64,000 nt of DNA from Planctomycetes bacterium ADurb.Bin069. GTDB lineage: Bacteria; Planctomycetota; UBA8108; UBA8890; UBA8898. The position numbers were made by a program, and so were the translations under genes. This document shows, piece by piece, positions 8,691-17,334 of the stretch (positions within the stretch are counted from its first letter, which is position 1; every line of letters begins with the position of its first letter). The notes beneath the pieces were generated by a model. It made no database searches, was not told where the DNA came from, and saw only the letters and a program-made list of their open reading frames with translations. The stretch spans positions 82,128 to 146,127 of the forward strand of contig MWEK01000005.1 of the NCBI GenBank assembly GCA_002070955.1, written 5' to 3'.

Positions 8691-9386
8691 TCAGCGCGGG
8701 CCGTGCTCCAGGAGCGGCGGCACTTCCGCGAGGGCGCTGACGCGCGGTCCGGACCAAGAATCCTCACAGCGCCTGAGGCCGCGGTCGCCGGGAATGCGGA
8801 TGAGAACGGCCGCCATGCCGGCGTTGACGGCGCCCGTGAGTTCGCGGCTGTCGCCATCGCCGACGAAAAGGCATCTTGCCGGCGGGATCCGCAGCGCCGC
8901 GCTGACCATGAGGTAGATGCGCGGGTCGGGCTTCATCACCCCCGCCGTGCAGGAGAAGAAGGGCGCGTCAATGTACGGCGCCAAGGGCGTCTCGCCGAAG
9001 AGTTGCGGAACGTCGGGGGAGCAGTCGCTCGCCAAGCCGATGCGGCATCCGCGCGCCTTCAGGCGCGCGAGGGACGGCACCGCGTCGGCGCGCGGCGCCA
9101 GGCAGCGCCGCGTGAACGCCCGTCGGATCGCCGCCGCCGTCGCGATGCGGCCGTCGTCCGCCGGCACGCCGAGGGCGCGGCAGATGTGGCGGAGATTGGC
9201 CTCGATGTCGGGGAAGCCGCCGGTGGCGCGCTTCCGGAAGGTGGCGTCGGACCACTGGCGCGTGAAATCCTCGGGGGCAATGCCGAGCGCCGCGGACATT
9301 TGTTCCCGGAGTTCGCGCGCGCCCTCGCGCGTGAGCGGCTCGACCAGCGTCCCGAAGAGATCGAAGATCACGGCATCGTAGCGCAT
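8691..9386 (-). CDS. HAD-superfamily hydrolase
   Basis: ORF 8691..9431(-). Start at ATG 9386 (MRYDAVIFDLFGTLV carries the DxD motif I). Later motifs are GLASDCS, K-PDPRIY and VGDGDSRELTGA. Confidence 0.8.
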   Translation of the reverse strand: MRYDAVIFDLFGTLVEPLTREGARELREQMSAALGIAPEDFTRQWSDATFRKRATGGFPDIEANLRHICRALGVPADDGRIATAAAIRRAFTRRCLAPRADAVPSLARLKARGCRIGLASDCSPDVPQLFGETPLAPYIDAPFFSCTAGVMKPDPRIYLMVSAALRIPPARCLFVGDGDSRELTGAVNAGMAAVLIRIPGDRGLRRCEDSWSGPRVSALAEVPPLLEHGPR

Positions 9387-9390
9387 GGGG

Positions 9391-10455
9391 TCACTTCCCG
9401 GGCGGCGGGCCGGCGCCGGGCAGGATCGCATCGAGCGGCGCGGCGAAGAGCAGCGGCACGAGGTCGGCGTAGTACCCGGCGGCCGCGGCGGTTTTCTCGG
9501 CGCGATAGTTGCCGCGCTCGGAATCCGGATCGCTGATCAGGTACGCGAGCCCGGCCCGGACATCGAGGGCGAGGCCCTCCGGCGAGGTCCAGACGAGCTT
9601 CTCCATGTCCGGGCCGCGGAAGTCGAGGTCGATGACGCGCGTGAAAACGCGGCGTTCAAGATCGAGAACCAGCAGGCGCTCGTGATCGCGCGCGAGAAGC
9701 AGCAGCACGGGGGCGCCGTCGTGCCGCAAGTACGCCATGGCGTTGACATTGAGGAGCCCCTTGCCTTCCCGCGGGGGCAGCGTGTCGAAAGGCGCGGCGA
9801 GGGGAGCGGCCCGAAGGCTCGTTGCGCCCGGCTTCCAGACGACGGTGTAGAGCCTGGGCAGGGAGTCCTTGGCGCGTTCGAACGCCACGACGATCTCGGG
9901 GCCGGGGCCGACGACGGCGAGGCCTTCCAGGCGGTAGTTCAGGTCCCCGCGCCAAGGCTCGTAGTCCGGCGCGACGATCTCGGCGATGGCCGTAATCTCC
10001 GCCGCACCGTCCCCGTTCCGGCGGGTGATCTCGAGGATCAACGTGTCGTCCTGTTCGATGACGGCGAAGAACACCCCCGGCCGCTCCGGGTCGGCCGCAA
10101 TGTCCTCGAAGTCGGGGTTAGGCTTGCTCTGGTACCGGCGGAGCAGCGCCTCGGGAAGGCCGGGGCCGGGCAGGATGGCGACGGGTGGCCCCTTGAGGCG
10201 CGTTGACCGGGGAGGCTCGGCCCCGCGGGGGGGAAGGGCGATCGTGAAGAGCCGCGCCGGGAAGTTGCTGCGTTGGTCGCCGATCGCGATCAAGGCGCCG
10301 CCGCTCAGGGCGATGCCCGAGGTCTGCAAGCCTCGCATCCAGAGCGCCGGCCGGACGGGTGCGCCTTCGTGGTCCAGCACCCAGGTCCCGCGGAGGGTGA
10401 GCGTGGCCACGGGAATTTCCGCTGCAAGCAGCGCGCAGAGAAGCAGGGTGTGCAT
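9391..10455 (-). CDS. Secreted hypothetical protein, beta-propeller-like (SdiA-regulated / phytase-like-esterase type repeats, tentative)
   Basis: C-terminal 354 aa of ORF 9391..11181(-). Start at ATG 10455 (MHTLLLCALLAAEIPVATLT signal). It has repeated strand-like blocks (SGIALSGGALIAIGDQ, FEDIAADPERPGVFFAVIEQ, LEGLAVVGPGPEIVVAFE, EGLALDVRAGLAYLISD). The upstream part of the ORF is Arg/Pro-rich shadow. Confidence 0.6.
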   Translation of the reverse strand: MHTLLLCALLAAEIPVATLTLRGTWVLDHEGAPVRPALWMRGLQTSGIALSGGALIAIGDQRSNFPARLFTIALPPRGAEPPRSTRLKGPPVAILPGPGLPEALLRRYQSKPNPDFEDIAADPERPGVFFAVIEQDDTLILEITRRNGDGAAEITAIAEIVAPDYEPWRGDLNYRLEGLAVVGPGPEIVVAFERAKDSLPRLYTVVWKPGATSLRAAPLAAPFDTLPPREGKGLLNVNAMAYLRHDGAPVLLLLARDHERLLVLDLERRVFTRVIDLDFRGPDMEKLVWTSPEGLALDVRAGLAYLISDPDSERGNYRAEKTAAAAGYYADLVPLLFAAPLDAILPGAGPPPGK

Positions 10456-10517
10456 GGCGGCCTCCCGATGCCATTGTGGACGCGGCGCGGCCGGCGGGCA
10501 AGGCCGGCGCGCGGGCG

Positions 10518-12374
10518 CTATCGCCCGCTTGTCTGCCGCTCCGCGCGCTTGCGCTCGTACTCCCGCCAGAGACGCTCGGCTTCCGCCAGCCGCGCCGCCA
10601 GCGTGGCGGTCACGTGCATCAGGTAGAGGTTTGCCCGCAGCGGGTCGACGTTCTCGCCGAGCATTACCTCGCCGGGGCGCAGGCGCTCGCCCGCCGAGCT
10701 TCGCAGCGACTCGGCCTTCTCCAGATCGAGCGCCCGGCCGAGGGGATTGAAGCCGAGCACGAACTGAACCTGGCGCTCGGCATGCATGGCGAGGCGCGCG
10801 GCCGCCTCGGCGCGCGGATGCGCGCACATGCTCACGGCCTGGGAGAGGAGATAGAGGGTCGTGCCGGCCCGCCAGGACGGGATCTCGGTGCCGCCGGCGG
10901 CCGCGACGCAGCCGAAGGGCGTCGAAAGGCAGAGCTGCTCGACGCCCGCCGCGCAGGCGTCCAGCGCCTCGCCGACCCGCGGCGCCACGGGCGAATCGGG
11001 AAACAGGCCCGCGTAGACGGCGAGGGCCAGCGCCGGCCAATGCTGCTCCACCGCGTCGTCCGGGAAGGGGAAGAAGCCGCTCGGAAGCTGGGCGCGGGTC
11101 AGGGCGACCGCCATGTCGTCGGCGCAATCGCGGTCCAGCGGGTCGTTGTCGCGGGCGGCCAGAAGCGAGGCGGCGGCGCACAAGGCCGCGCGCGCGGGTG
11201 TCGTTTCAGGCGCCGGACGGTCCCACGCCGCGCGAAGGAGCGAACGGGCGCGCGCCGCGCGGGCGGGATCGTCGGCGCCCGCCGCGGCGAGCGCCCAGGC
11301 GCAGAACGCGGCGTCCGCCGCGGCGAGGTCCCGCGCATCCGCGAGGCGGGCCAGCAGAGCCGCGCCGAGTTCGGCGACCCTGGCGCGGACGGAGGCCGAG
11401 GGCGCTTCGACGCCGCTCAGGAGCACGAGGTTTTCAGCCGCCGCGCGCACGCCGCCGGCGCGGAGGCGCGCCGGCGTGAAGGTTCGGAGCACGTACGCGG
11501 CCGCTTTGGCGCCCGCCGCCTCGTAAGGGGCCGCGAGGATCTCCGTCCGGCAGCGGGCCGTTCGGCCTTCGATGGCCTCGTCGCGCACAACGAGGGTGTA
11601 AGGCGCGATGCGATCGATGATGCCGAAGTCGACGATGTAGTGGTAGAAACCCGAAGGATGCGGCCGGAGCGGATGGACCTCGAGCGCCTTGCCCCCGTCA
11701 TCCCACGCAATGCGCGCCGTGGGGGCGAGGAGCGGCAGATGGGTCTTGACGAGCGCCTCGCGCACGCCCCGCGGGTGGCACCCGGCCGGAAACGGAACGA
11801 TCTCGATGGCGGGGCCCACCAGGGCGAGGACGGGCGCATCGAAGCGGCAGGCCCGCAAATCGCCCGCGGCCTCGAAGGCGAGCGCCACGGCCAGCGCGCC
11901 CTCGGGCGGCCGCGCCGACAGGCGCACCTCGGCGAAGTCGCGCTCTTTTCCCGGCGGCTCCGACGCACTGCGCCGCAGCGAGCCGTCGGCCATGAACCAC
12001 CTCAGCGCGATGCGCGCGCCGCGCAGATCCCCTTCCGCCATGATCTTCGCGCGGGCGGCGACGAAGGCGCCGGGAGGGACCGTGTGGGCGTAGCTCACCA
12101 CGGCGCCGCCGCGCCCCGGAGCGTCGAAGCGCAGGCTGTAGGGCGGGTCCGCGACGATGGTCGCATCGAGCGCCGCGGCCGTGGCGCCCTCGGGAAACCA
12201 GCCGGGAGCTACCTCGGAGCGCGTCGCCGCGGGCGCGGGTCCGGCGTAAGCGTCGCCCGGCAGCTCGGCGCGGGGCAGGAAGGCGGGGTTGTAGAGCAGG
12301 TTGATCGCCAAGGCGAAGGGGTCGGGATCGCTTCCTCCGGCGAGGAACGCGAGGCCGAGCAGGATGACGCTCAT
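10518..12374 (-). CDS. Secreted protein with CBM-like beta-sandwich, CelD_N-like Ig domain and alpha-helical toroid (distant GH9-like; catalytic residues not verifiable)
   Basis: ORF 10518..12374(-) with MSVILLGLAFLAGG signal. The Ig-like block is HYIVDFGIIDRIAPYTLVV. The C-terminal QVQFVLGFNPLGRAL resembles the GH9 xLLGxNP motif. I do not see the DAGD motif. Confidence 0.55.
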   Translation of the reverse strand: MSVILLGLAFLAGGSDPDPFALAINLLYNPAFLPRAELPGDAYAGPAPAATRSEVAPGWFPEGATAAALDATIVADPPYSLRFDAPGRGGAVVSYAHTVPPGAFVAARAKIMAEGDLRGARIALRWFMADGSLRRSASEPPGKERDFAEVRLSARPPEGALAVALAFEAAGDLRACRFDAPVLALVGPAIEIVPFPAGCHPRGVREALVKTHLPLLAPTARIAWDDGGKALEVHPLRPHPSGFYHYIVDFGIIDRIAPYTLVVRDEAIEGRTARCRTEILAAPYEAAGAKAAAYVLRTFTPARLRAGGVRAAAENLVLLSGVEAPSASVRARVAELGAALLARLADARDLAAADAAFCAWALAAAGADDPARAARARSLLRAAWDRPAPETTPARAALCAAASLLAARDNDPLDRDCADDMAVALTRAQLPSGFFPFPDDAVEQHWPALALAVYAGLFPDSPVAPRVGEALDACAAGVEQLCLSTPFGCVAAAGGTEIPSWRAGTTLYLLSQAVSMCAHPRAEAAARLAMHAERQVQFVLGFNPLGRALDLEKAESLRSSAGERLRPGEVMLGENVDPLRANLYLMHVTATLAARLAEAERLWREYERKRAERQTSGR

Positions 12375-13687
12375 TCGCCGCGCTCCTCGATGCGCAGGAG
12401 CTGGATTCTGCCCCGGACGCAGGCGAGGCGGCGCATCTGCGCCAGCGCGGCGCGCATGTCCTCCGCCGGCGTCCGGTGGACGATGATGACGATGGGCACG
12501 GTGCCGCGGCGCGCCGGGGCGCCGTTGACCACGGGTTCCTTCTGCATCACCGAGGCGATGGAGATCCCGCGGCGGCCGAGGATGGTGCCGACCGCGCCGA
12601 TGACGCCGGGAAGATCTCGCGTGGTGAACCTGATGTAGTAGCGGCTCCGCAGCTTGGCGCCGGGGCGCACGGGCAGGGGAGCGCCCAAAGGCATGGGGTC
12701 GAGCCGGTAGGGCGAGTCGCGCGCGGTGTCGCGCGCGATGTCGATGATGTCGGCCACGACGCTGCTTGCCGTCGGGAAGCGGCCGGCGCCCTTGCCGAAA
12801 TAGAGCGTCGGGCCGGTGGCGTCGCCGTGGACGAGCACGGCGTTGTACTCCCGGGGCACGCCGGCGAGCATGTCGTCCCGGGGAATCATCACGGGCCCGA
12901 CGTACGCCTCGAGCGCGCCCTCGACCTGCCGGGCGATGGCGAGGGGCTTGATCGTGTAGCCCAACTCCGCGGCGTAGGCGACGTCGTCCACGCCGATGCC
13001 GCCGATGCCCTCGATGGCGATCTTGGACCGCGGAATCCAGGAGTGGAAGGCGAGCGCCGCCAGGATCGTCAGCTTGTGGGCCGCATCGAAGCCGCCCACA
13101 TCGAGGCTCGGGTCCGCCTCGGCGAAGCCGTTCCGGCGGGCCTCGTCCAGCGCCTCGCGGAAGGAGAGCCCGGCCGTCTGCATGGCATGCAGGATGTAGT
13201 TGGAGGTGCCGTTGAGGATGCCGACGACCGAGGAGATCCGGTTGGCGCAGAGCCCCTCGCGCACGGCGCGCAGGATGGGAACGCCGCCGGCGACCGAGGC
13301 CTCGAAGCGCAGAAGCACGCGCTTCTCCCGGGCGAGCGCGAAGAGCTCCAGGCCGCGTTCGGCCAGGAGCGCCTTGTTGGCCGTGACGACGTGCTTGCCC
13401 GCCGCGAGCGCCGTCTTGATGATCGCGTAGGCCGTGGTGTTGCCGCCCACGAGTTCGCAGACGACATCGATGTCCGCGCCGCGGGCGATGGACTCCCAGT
13501 TATCGGTCCTGCGCCCGCGGGGAATGCCCAGGCCCTTGAAGGCCTCCGGCCGGACATCGGCGGCGCCCGCGATCCTGATGTCGACGTTCTCGAGAACGCG
13601 TGTCTTCGCCCGCACCGCGCCGAGCAGGCGCGCCGTGCCGGCCCCCACCGTCCCCAGGCCGATAATCCCGACATTGATCCTTCGCAT
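12371..13687 (-). CDS. hom: Homoserine dehydrogenase with C-terminal ACT domain
   Basis: ORF 12371..13687(-). Motifs MRRINVGIIGLGTVGAGTARLL, VVTANKALLA, ILNGTSNYIL, GFAEADPSLDVGGFDAAHKL. Its stop overlaps the next gene's start in ATGA (12371-12374). Confidence 0.9.
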   Translation of the reverse strand: MRRINVGIIGLGTVGAGTARLLGAVRAKTRVLENVDIRIAGAADVRPEAFKGLGIPRGRRTDNWESIARGADIDVVCELVGGNTTAYAIIKTALAAGKHVVTANKALLAERGLELFALAREKRVLLRFEASVAGGVPILRAVREGLCANRISSVVGILNGTSNYILHAMQTAGLSFREALDEARRNGFAEADPSLDVGGFDAAHKLTILAALAFHSWIPRSKIAIEGIGGIGVDDVAYAAELGYTIKPLAIARQVEGALEAYVGPVMIPRDDMLAGVPREYNAVLVHGDATGPTLYFGKGAGRFPTASSVVADIIDIARDTARDSPYRLDPMPLGAPLPVRPGAKLRSRYYIRFTTRDLPGVIGAVGTILGRRGISIASVMQKEPVVNGAPARRGTVPIVIIVHRTPAEDMRAALAQMRRLACVRGRIQLLRIEERGE

Positions 13688-13723
13688 CGAACGTTCCCTC
13701 CGCGCGCCGCGCGCGCATCGAAT

Positions 13724-13753
13724 AGAATATCGCCTGAAATCGGGCCTTGTCTA
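13724..13753 (-). promoter_or_regulatory. Possible sigma70-like promoter for hom
   Basis: Minus strand reads TAGACA (13753-13748), 18 nt, TATTCT (13729-13724). GGAGGG RBS precedes ATG 13687. Confidence 0.3.
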
Positions 13754-13917
13754 TCTTCGGGCTTTTCGGCGGCCCGCCGCGCGGGCGCGAGGACCCGGCC
13801 GGCGCCGAGCGCCGCCGAATCGGGCGATGGCGCTGGAGAGTTCCCTTGCGGTCGGGAAAGCGAGTCTTCCGCCTGAAGGCCCCGCCTTCGGCGGAGCGCG
13901 GGCAGGCGGCCGCCCGC

Positions 13918-14883
13918 CTACTCCCCGCACGTTCGGATGGGAAACCTCGTTCCCAGCCGTTCGGTCAGGAACCGCAGGGCGCGGAGGCGCAGAGGGCGGG
14001 GGTAGCCGAGCTTGCCGTCCCGGGTCCGGATGAATTCGCCGCGCCGCAGGGCCTCGCCCGGGTCGTCGGCGCGGATCGCGCCGATGAGCGCGGGCGGCCC
14101 GCGCAGCGTCCCGAGCACAATGTCCGCGTCCTCCGCCGCGCGCAGCGCGGCGCGAATGTCCGCGCACAGCGCGGCGTAGTCGGCCTCCCAGCCGTCCGGC
14201 AGCAGCACCGGGTCGAGCCTGACTCCCAGGCGGTACCCGCGGCGGGCCAGGAGCGCCAGGGCGCGGAGGCGCGCCTTGACGCCGGGCGTGCCGGGCTCGT
14301 AACGCCGCGCCATGGGCGCGGGCGCCAGCGAGAACGCGACGCGGAGGTTGGCAGGCGGCGGCGCGGGCAGCAGGTCGATCGCCGTGAACTTCGTCCTGAG
14401 CTCCATCATCGCGCCAGCGTGTCGTTCCAGGACGGCCGCGAAGGCCCCCACGAGGGGCGCGAGGAACGGATACGCCAGCGGATCGAGGATATGGCCCAAG
14501 TGGACGTACAAGTCCGGCGCGGCCGCGAGGGCCGCGTCGAGCTCGGCGGCCATGTCCGCGACGTTCGCGTAGAAAACCGGATACGGCACCGTCGCGCAGG
14601 TCTTGAGGAAGCAGTAGCGGCAACGGCCCGGGCAGTTGACGCCGCAGGCCAGAAACGCTTCCGGGCGGCCGGCCAGGGAGCATTCGGCCGGCGCGAGCGG
14701 CTTGACGAGCTCGCCCTTGAAGCGGTCGAGGACGAGAATCCGCCAGGGCGCGAGCCCGGGGAAGACGGCGCGCGCCTCCGCCTCGGTCACGCGCGCCTGG
14801 ACCGCGGGCATCGCGGCCAGCGCCGCGCGCACCAGGGATTCGCCCGCGACCTCGGGCCTGATGACGAGGCCGGCCGGCGTCAC
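13918..14883 (-). CDS. Radical SAM protein, spore-photoproduct-lyase (SplB/COG1533) family
   Basis: ORF 13918..14883(-). CPGRCRYC is a CxxxCxxC cluster in the context ILVLDRFKGELVK...FLACGVNCPGRCRYCFLKT, typical of the SPL family. The GTG start overlaps the upstream stop (GTGA at 14880-14883). Confidence 0.8.
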   Translation of the reverse strand: MTPAGLVIRPEVAGESLVRAALAAMPAVQARVTEAEARAVFPGLAPWRILVLDRFKGELVKPLAPAECSLAGRPEAFLACGVNCPGRCRYCFLKTCATVPYPVFYANVADMAAELDAALAAAPDLYVHLGHILDPLAYPFLAPLVGAFAAVLERHAGAMMELRTKFTAIDLLPAPPPANLRVAFSLAPAPMARRYEPGTPGVKARLRALALLARRGYRLGVRLDPVLLPDGWEADYAALCADIRAALRAAEDADIVLGTLRGPPALIGAIRADDPGEALRRGEFIRTRDGKLGYPRPLRLRALRFLTERLGTRFPIRTCGE

Positions 14884-15851
14884 GCCTCCTCTCCCGCGAG
14901 AATGGCGAGAATCCGCTTGATCGCCGCGCGGGCGCGGGCCGACCCGAGCGCCTCGGCGGCCCGGGCGAACCCGGCCTCGTCGCGGACGCGCGCGCGCAGT
15001 TCGATCTCGTCGCCTTCCAGATCGGGGGGCAGCTTGACCTCGACCGGTCCCGCGAGGCCGCCGCGGGCGGCGGCCTCGCGGGCGGCGTCCTCCCAGGCGG
15101 AGAGGCGCGGCAGCGCGCGCCGCCTGAGCAGGCTGCGCAGGGCGGAGACCTTCAGCCGCGGCGGCGTGTCGGCCGCCAACACGGCGCGGATCTCGGGCAG
15201 CGCCGCCGCTTGCGCGATGGACCGCCGCTCGCGCACGGCCGCGTCGGCCAGCAGTTCGCGCAGGATGCGCGCCTCGCCCGCGCTCGGCTGCAGCGCGGCG
15301 AAGACCGCCGCGAGCGCGGCGGCATCGCGGCCGCCGTGCTCCGCCGCCAGGAAGAGATGGCTCGGGCGCAGGGGCAGCGCCGCGATTTCCTCGGGGAGGT
15401 CGGCGAGGGCCAGGTACTTCGCCAGTAACACGGGCGAGGAGGGCAGGCCGCAGGCGGGGAGATAAACGGCGGCGATCTCGTCGGGGCCCAGGCCCGCGAC
15501 GAGCTGCAGGCGGCGGAAAAGCCCCGCGAGCTCAAGCGGCGCGAATTCCCGGTGGGCCGCGTTCTCCCACACGCCGGCCAGAAAGGCCTCGACGGCATCG
15601 GCGGTGCGCACCACCGGCACCTCCGCCAGGCCGAGGTCGGCCGCGGCGCGAAGGCGGCGCGCTCCGCAGAGGAGCAGTCCGTCGGGCGCCACCGCCAGCG
15701 GCGTCATGATCCCGCGCGCCGCAATTGAGCGTCGCAGCCGCTCCGAGGGCCCGGTGCGCGTGTAGATGTAGCGCCGCTCCGCTTCGGTGTCGGCGCGCAA
15801 GGCGCCGGCCGGGAGGAATTCAACGGGAGGGCGGTCGTTCGCAGAGCTCAT
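14880..15851 (-). CDS. ParB/Srx-like N-terminal domain protein (ParB-like, no ParA partner)
   Basis: ORF 14880..15884(-). Carries GARRLRAA (ParB GxxRxxA box), ENAAHREFAPLE (ParB ENxxRxDLxPxE-like) and an LPEEIAA..SH HTH-region-like stretch. ATG 15851 overlaps the upstream GT by 32 nt (alternative TTG at 15800). The C-terminal ~170 aa is Ala/Arg-rich and unrecognised. Confidence 0.7.
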   Translation of the reverse strand: MSSANDRPPVEFLPAGALRADTEAERRYIYTRTGPSERLRRSIAARGIMTPLAVAPDGLLLCGARRLRAAADLGLAEVPVVRTADAVEAFLAGVWENAAHREFAPLELAGLFRRLQLVAGLGPDEIAAVYLPACGLPSSPVLLAKYLALADLPEEIAALPLRPSHLFLAAEHGGRDAAALAAVFAALQPSAGEARILRELLADAAVRERRSIAQAAALPEIRAVLAADTPPRLKVSALRSLLRRRALPRLSAWEDAAREAAARGGLAGPVEVKLPPDLEGDEIELRARVRDEAGFARAAEALGSARARAAIKRILAILAGEEA

Positions 15852-16929
15852 GCAGGTACCCGCGGAGCTGGCGGCCGGCCTCATCCCAACTGTAGCGCGA
15901 GGCGACGTCGCGGGCGCGGCGCCTGAGCCGCGCCAGGAGCGCGCGGTCCTCCCACACCGAGCGCATGGCGTGCGCGAGGGCGAGCACGTCGGGTTTGCCC
16001 ATGAGCCCGCCCGAGTCGCGGTCGTACTCGTAGGGGCCCGCGGAGACGGGTTCGCAGGGGACCTGGAGCGCCGATTCGCGGTCGAAGACCTCGGCGCCGG
16101 CGCCGAAGTTCGTCGTGATCACCGCGCAGCCGCAGGACGCCGCCTCGAGGGCGGCCAGGCCGAATCCCTCGCCGTACGACGGCTGCACGTAGGCATGGGC
16201 CGCGCGGTAGAGCCGCGCGAGATCCTCGTCGAAGAGCGTGCCCGCCTGGAACTTGACGGGAGGCGCGGTCGGGTCGTCGAAGCGGCCCTCGGCGAGCAAC
16301 TCCCGGAACGAGGCGATCTCCCAGGGGAAGCGGCGCGGCCGCTTGCCCGGATCGTACGTCGTCTTGATCAGCAGGCGGACGTCATCGGCCGCGGAGAACG
16401 CGGCGCGATAGGCCAGAAGCAGCTCGCGCAGGCCCTTGCGGTGGTGGGGCGACGCCACGGTGAGAAAGATGAAGGGGCTCGCCGGCGGCTCGGCGCCCGG
16501 CCCGAAGATGCGGCCGTTGACGCCGAAGGGCACCGTCCGCACCAGGTGCGAGGGCACGGAGGCCGCGAGCGCCCCCCGGCGGCAGAACTCGCTGGGCAGG
16601 AGGAGGATGTCGAGCGACCGGCGGATCGCCGGCGCCCATTGGGCGGGCATGCGATCGGCCTCGTAAACGAGGATCCCCGCGCGCCGGGGCGTTCGGAGGC
16701 GGTGATATAGGCCCGGGTGCGCGAAGGTGAGCTCGATGTCCGCCGAAAAGTCCCCGCGCGCCACCTCGCGCACGCCGGGCGGCAGCGGGAACTGCGGGGC
16801 GTGGAGAAAGCCGCGCATCCGGAGGGCGCCGACCTCGACCCCGAGGCGCTGGAGCGCCGCGAGAAACTCGCGGCCGACGCGCGCCCAGCTTGCGGGCGAG
16901 CGCAGGAGTCCGCTGTACAGGACGCGCAC
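15820..16929 (-). CDS. Glycosyltransferase family 1 (GT4-like)
   Basis: ORF 15820..16929(-) with GTG start (VRVLYSG). The C-terminal half has PSYGEGFGLAALEAASCGCAVITT, an E-x7-E type GT1 signature region. Confidence 0.8.
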   Translation of the reverse strand: MRVLYSGLLRSPASWARVGREFLAALQRLGVEVGALRMRGFLHAPQFPLPPGVREVARGDFSADIELTFAHPGLYHRLRTPRRAGILVYEADRMPAQWAPAIRRSLDILLLPSEFCRRGALAASVPSHLVRTVPFGVNGRIFGPGAEPPASPFIFLTVASPHHRKGLRELLLAYRAAFSAADDVRLLIKTTYDPGKRPRRFPWEIASFRELLAEGRFDDPTAPPVKFQAGTLFDEDLARLYRAAHAYVQPSYGEGFGLAALEAASCGCAVITTNFGAGAEVFDRESALQVPCEPVSAGPYEYDRDSGGLMGKPDVLALAHAMRSVWEDRALLARLRRRARDVASRYSWDEAGRQLRGYLHELCERPPSR

Positions 16930-16934
16930 GCGCC

Positions 16935-17303
16935 CTACTTTCCGGCCTGGCCGACCTTCTGGACGAAGTGCAGGCGCAGCCCCTGGAGCACTTCGTCCAG
17001 GGCGCGCTCATCCTCGGCGGCGAGATTCCCCGCGGTCTTCTCCTTGAGAATGCCGAGGGAGTCGATGGCGAACTTCGCGCCCTCAGGGTCCAGTTCGCGG
17101 GTCTCGGCGCCCGGCATTGCCATCTCGCCGAGGGCCACCATGGCCTGGGTGACGAAGGTGGACACGATCGTCATGAAGCTGGCGGGCGGGAGGCGCAGCT
17201 CCTCCTCAGGCTTGCTGCGCAGCTTCTCCTCCAGTTTCCTGCGGGCTTCTTCGGCGCGCGTTTTCCAGTCCTCGTCGGCGCGGCGGGGATCCTTTTCGTT
17301 CAT
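16935..17303 (-). CDS. DUF1844 domain protein
   Basis: ORF 16935..17333(-). LPPASFMTIVSTFVTQAMVALG...DPEGAKFAIDSLGILKEKTAGNL matches my memory of the DUF1844 pattern. ATG 17303 preferred over TTG 17333. Confidence 0.7.
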   Translation of the reverse strand: MNEKDPRRADEDWKTRAEEARRKLEEKLRSKPEEELRLPPASFMTIVSTFVTQAMVALGEMAMPGAETRELDPEGAKFAIDSLGILKEKTAGNLAAEDERALDEVLQGLRLHFVQKVGQAGK

Positions 17304-17334
17304 GGCGGTGTGCTCCGTGGCTTCTGCTTGCAAC

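Noticed and set aside
10476-13876. 720-aa (10476..12638) and 466-aa (12476..13876) plus-strand ORFs
   Set aside because: They are antisense to the CBM/toroid gene and to hom, both of which have clear family motifs on the minus strand.
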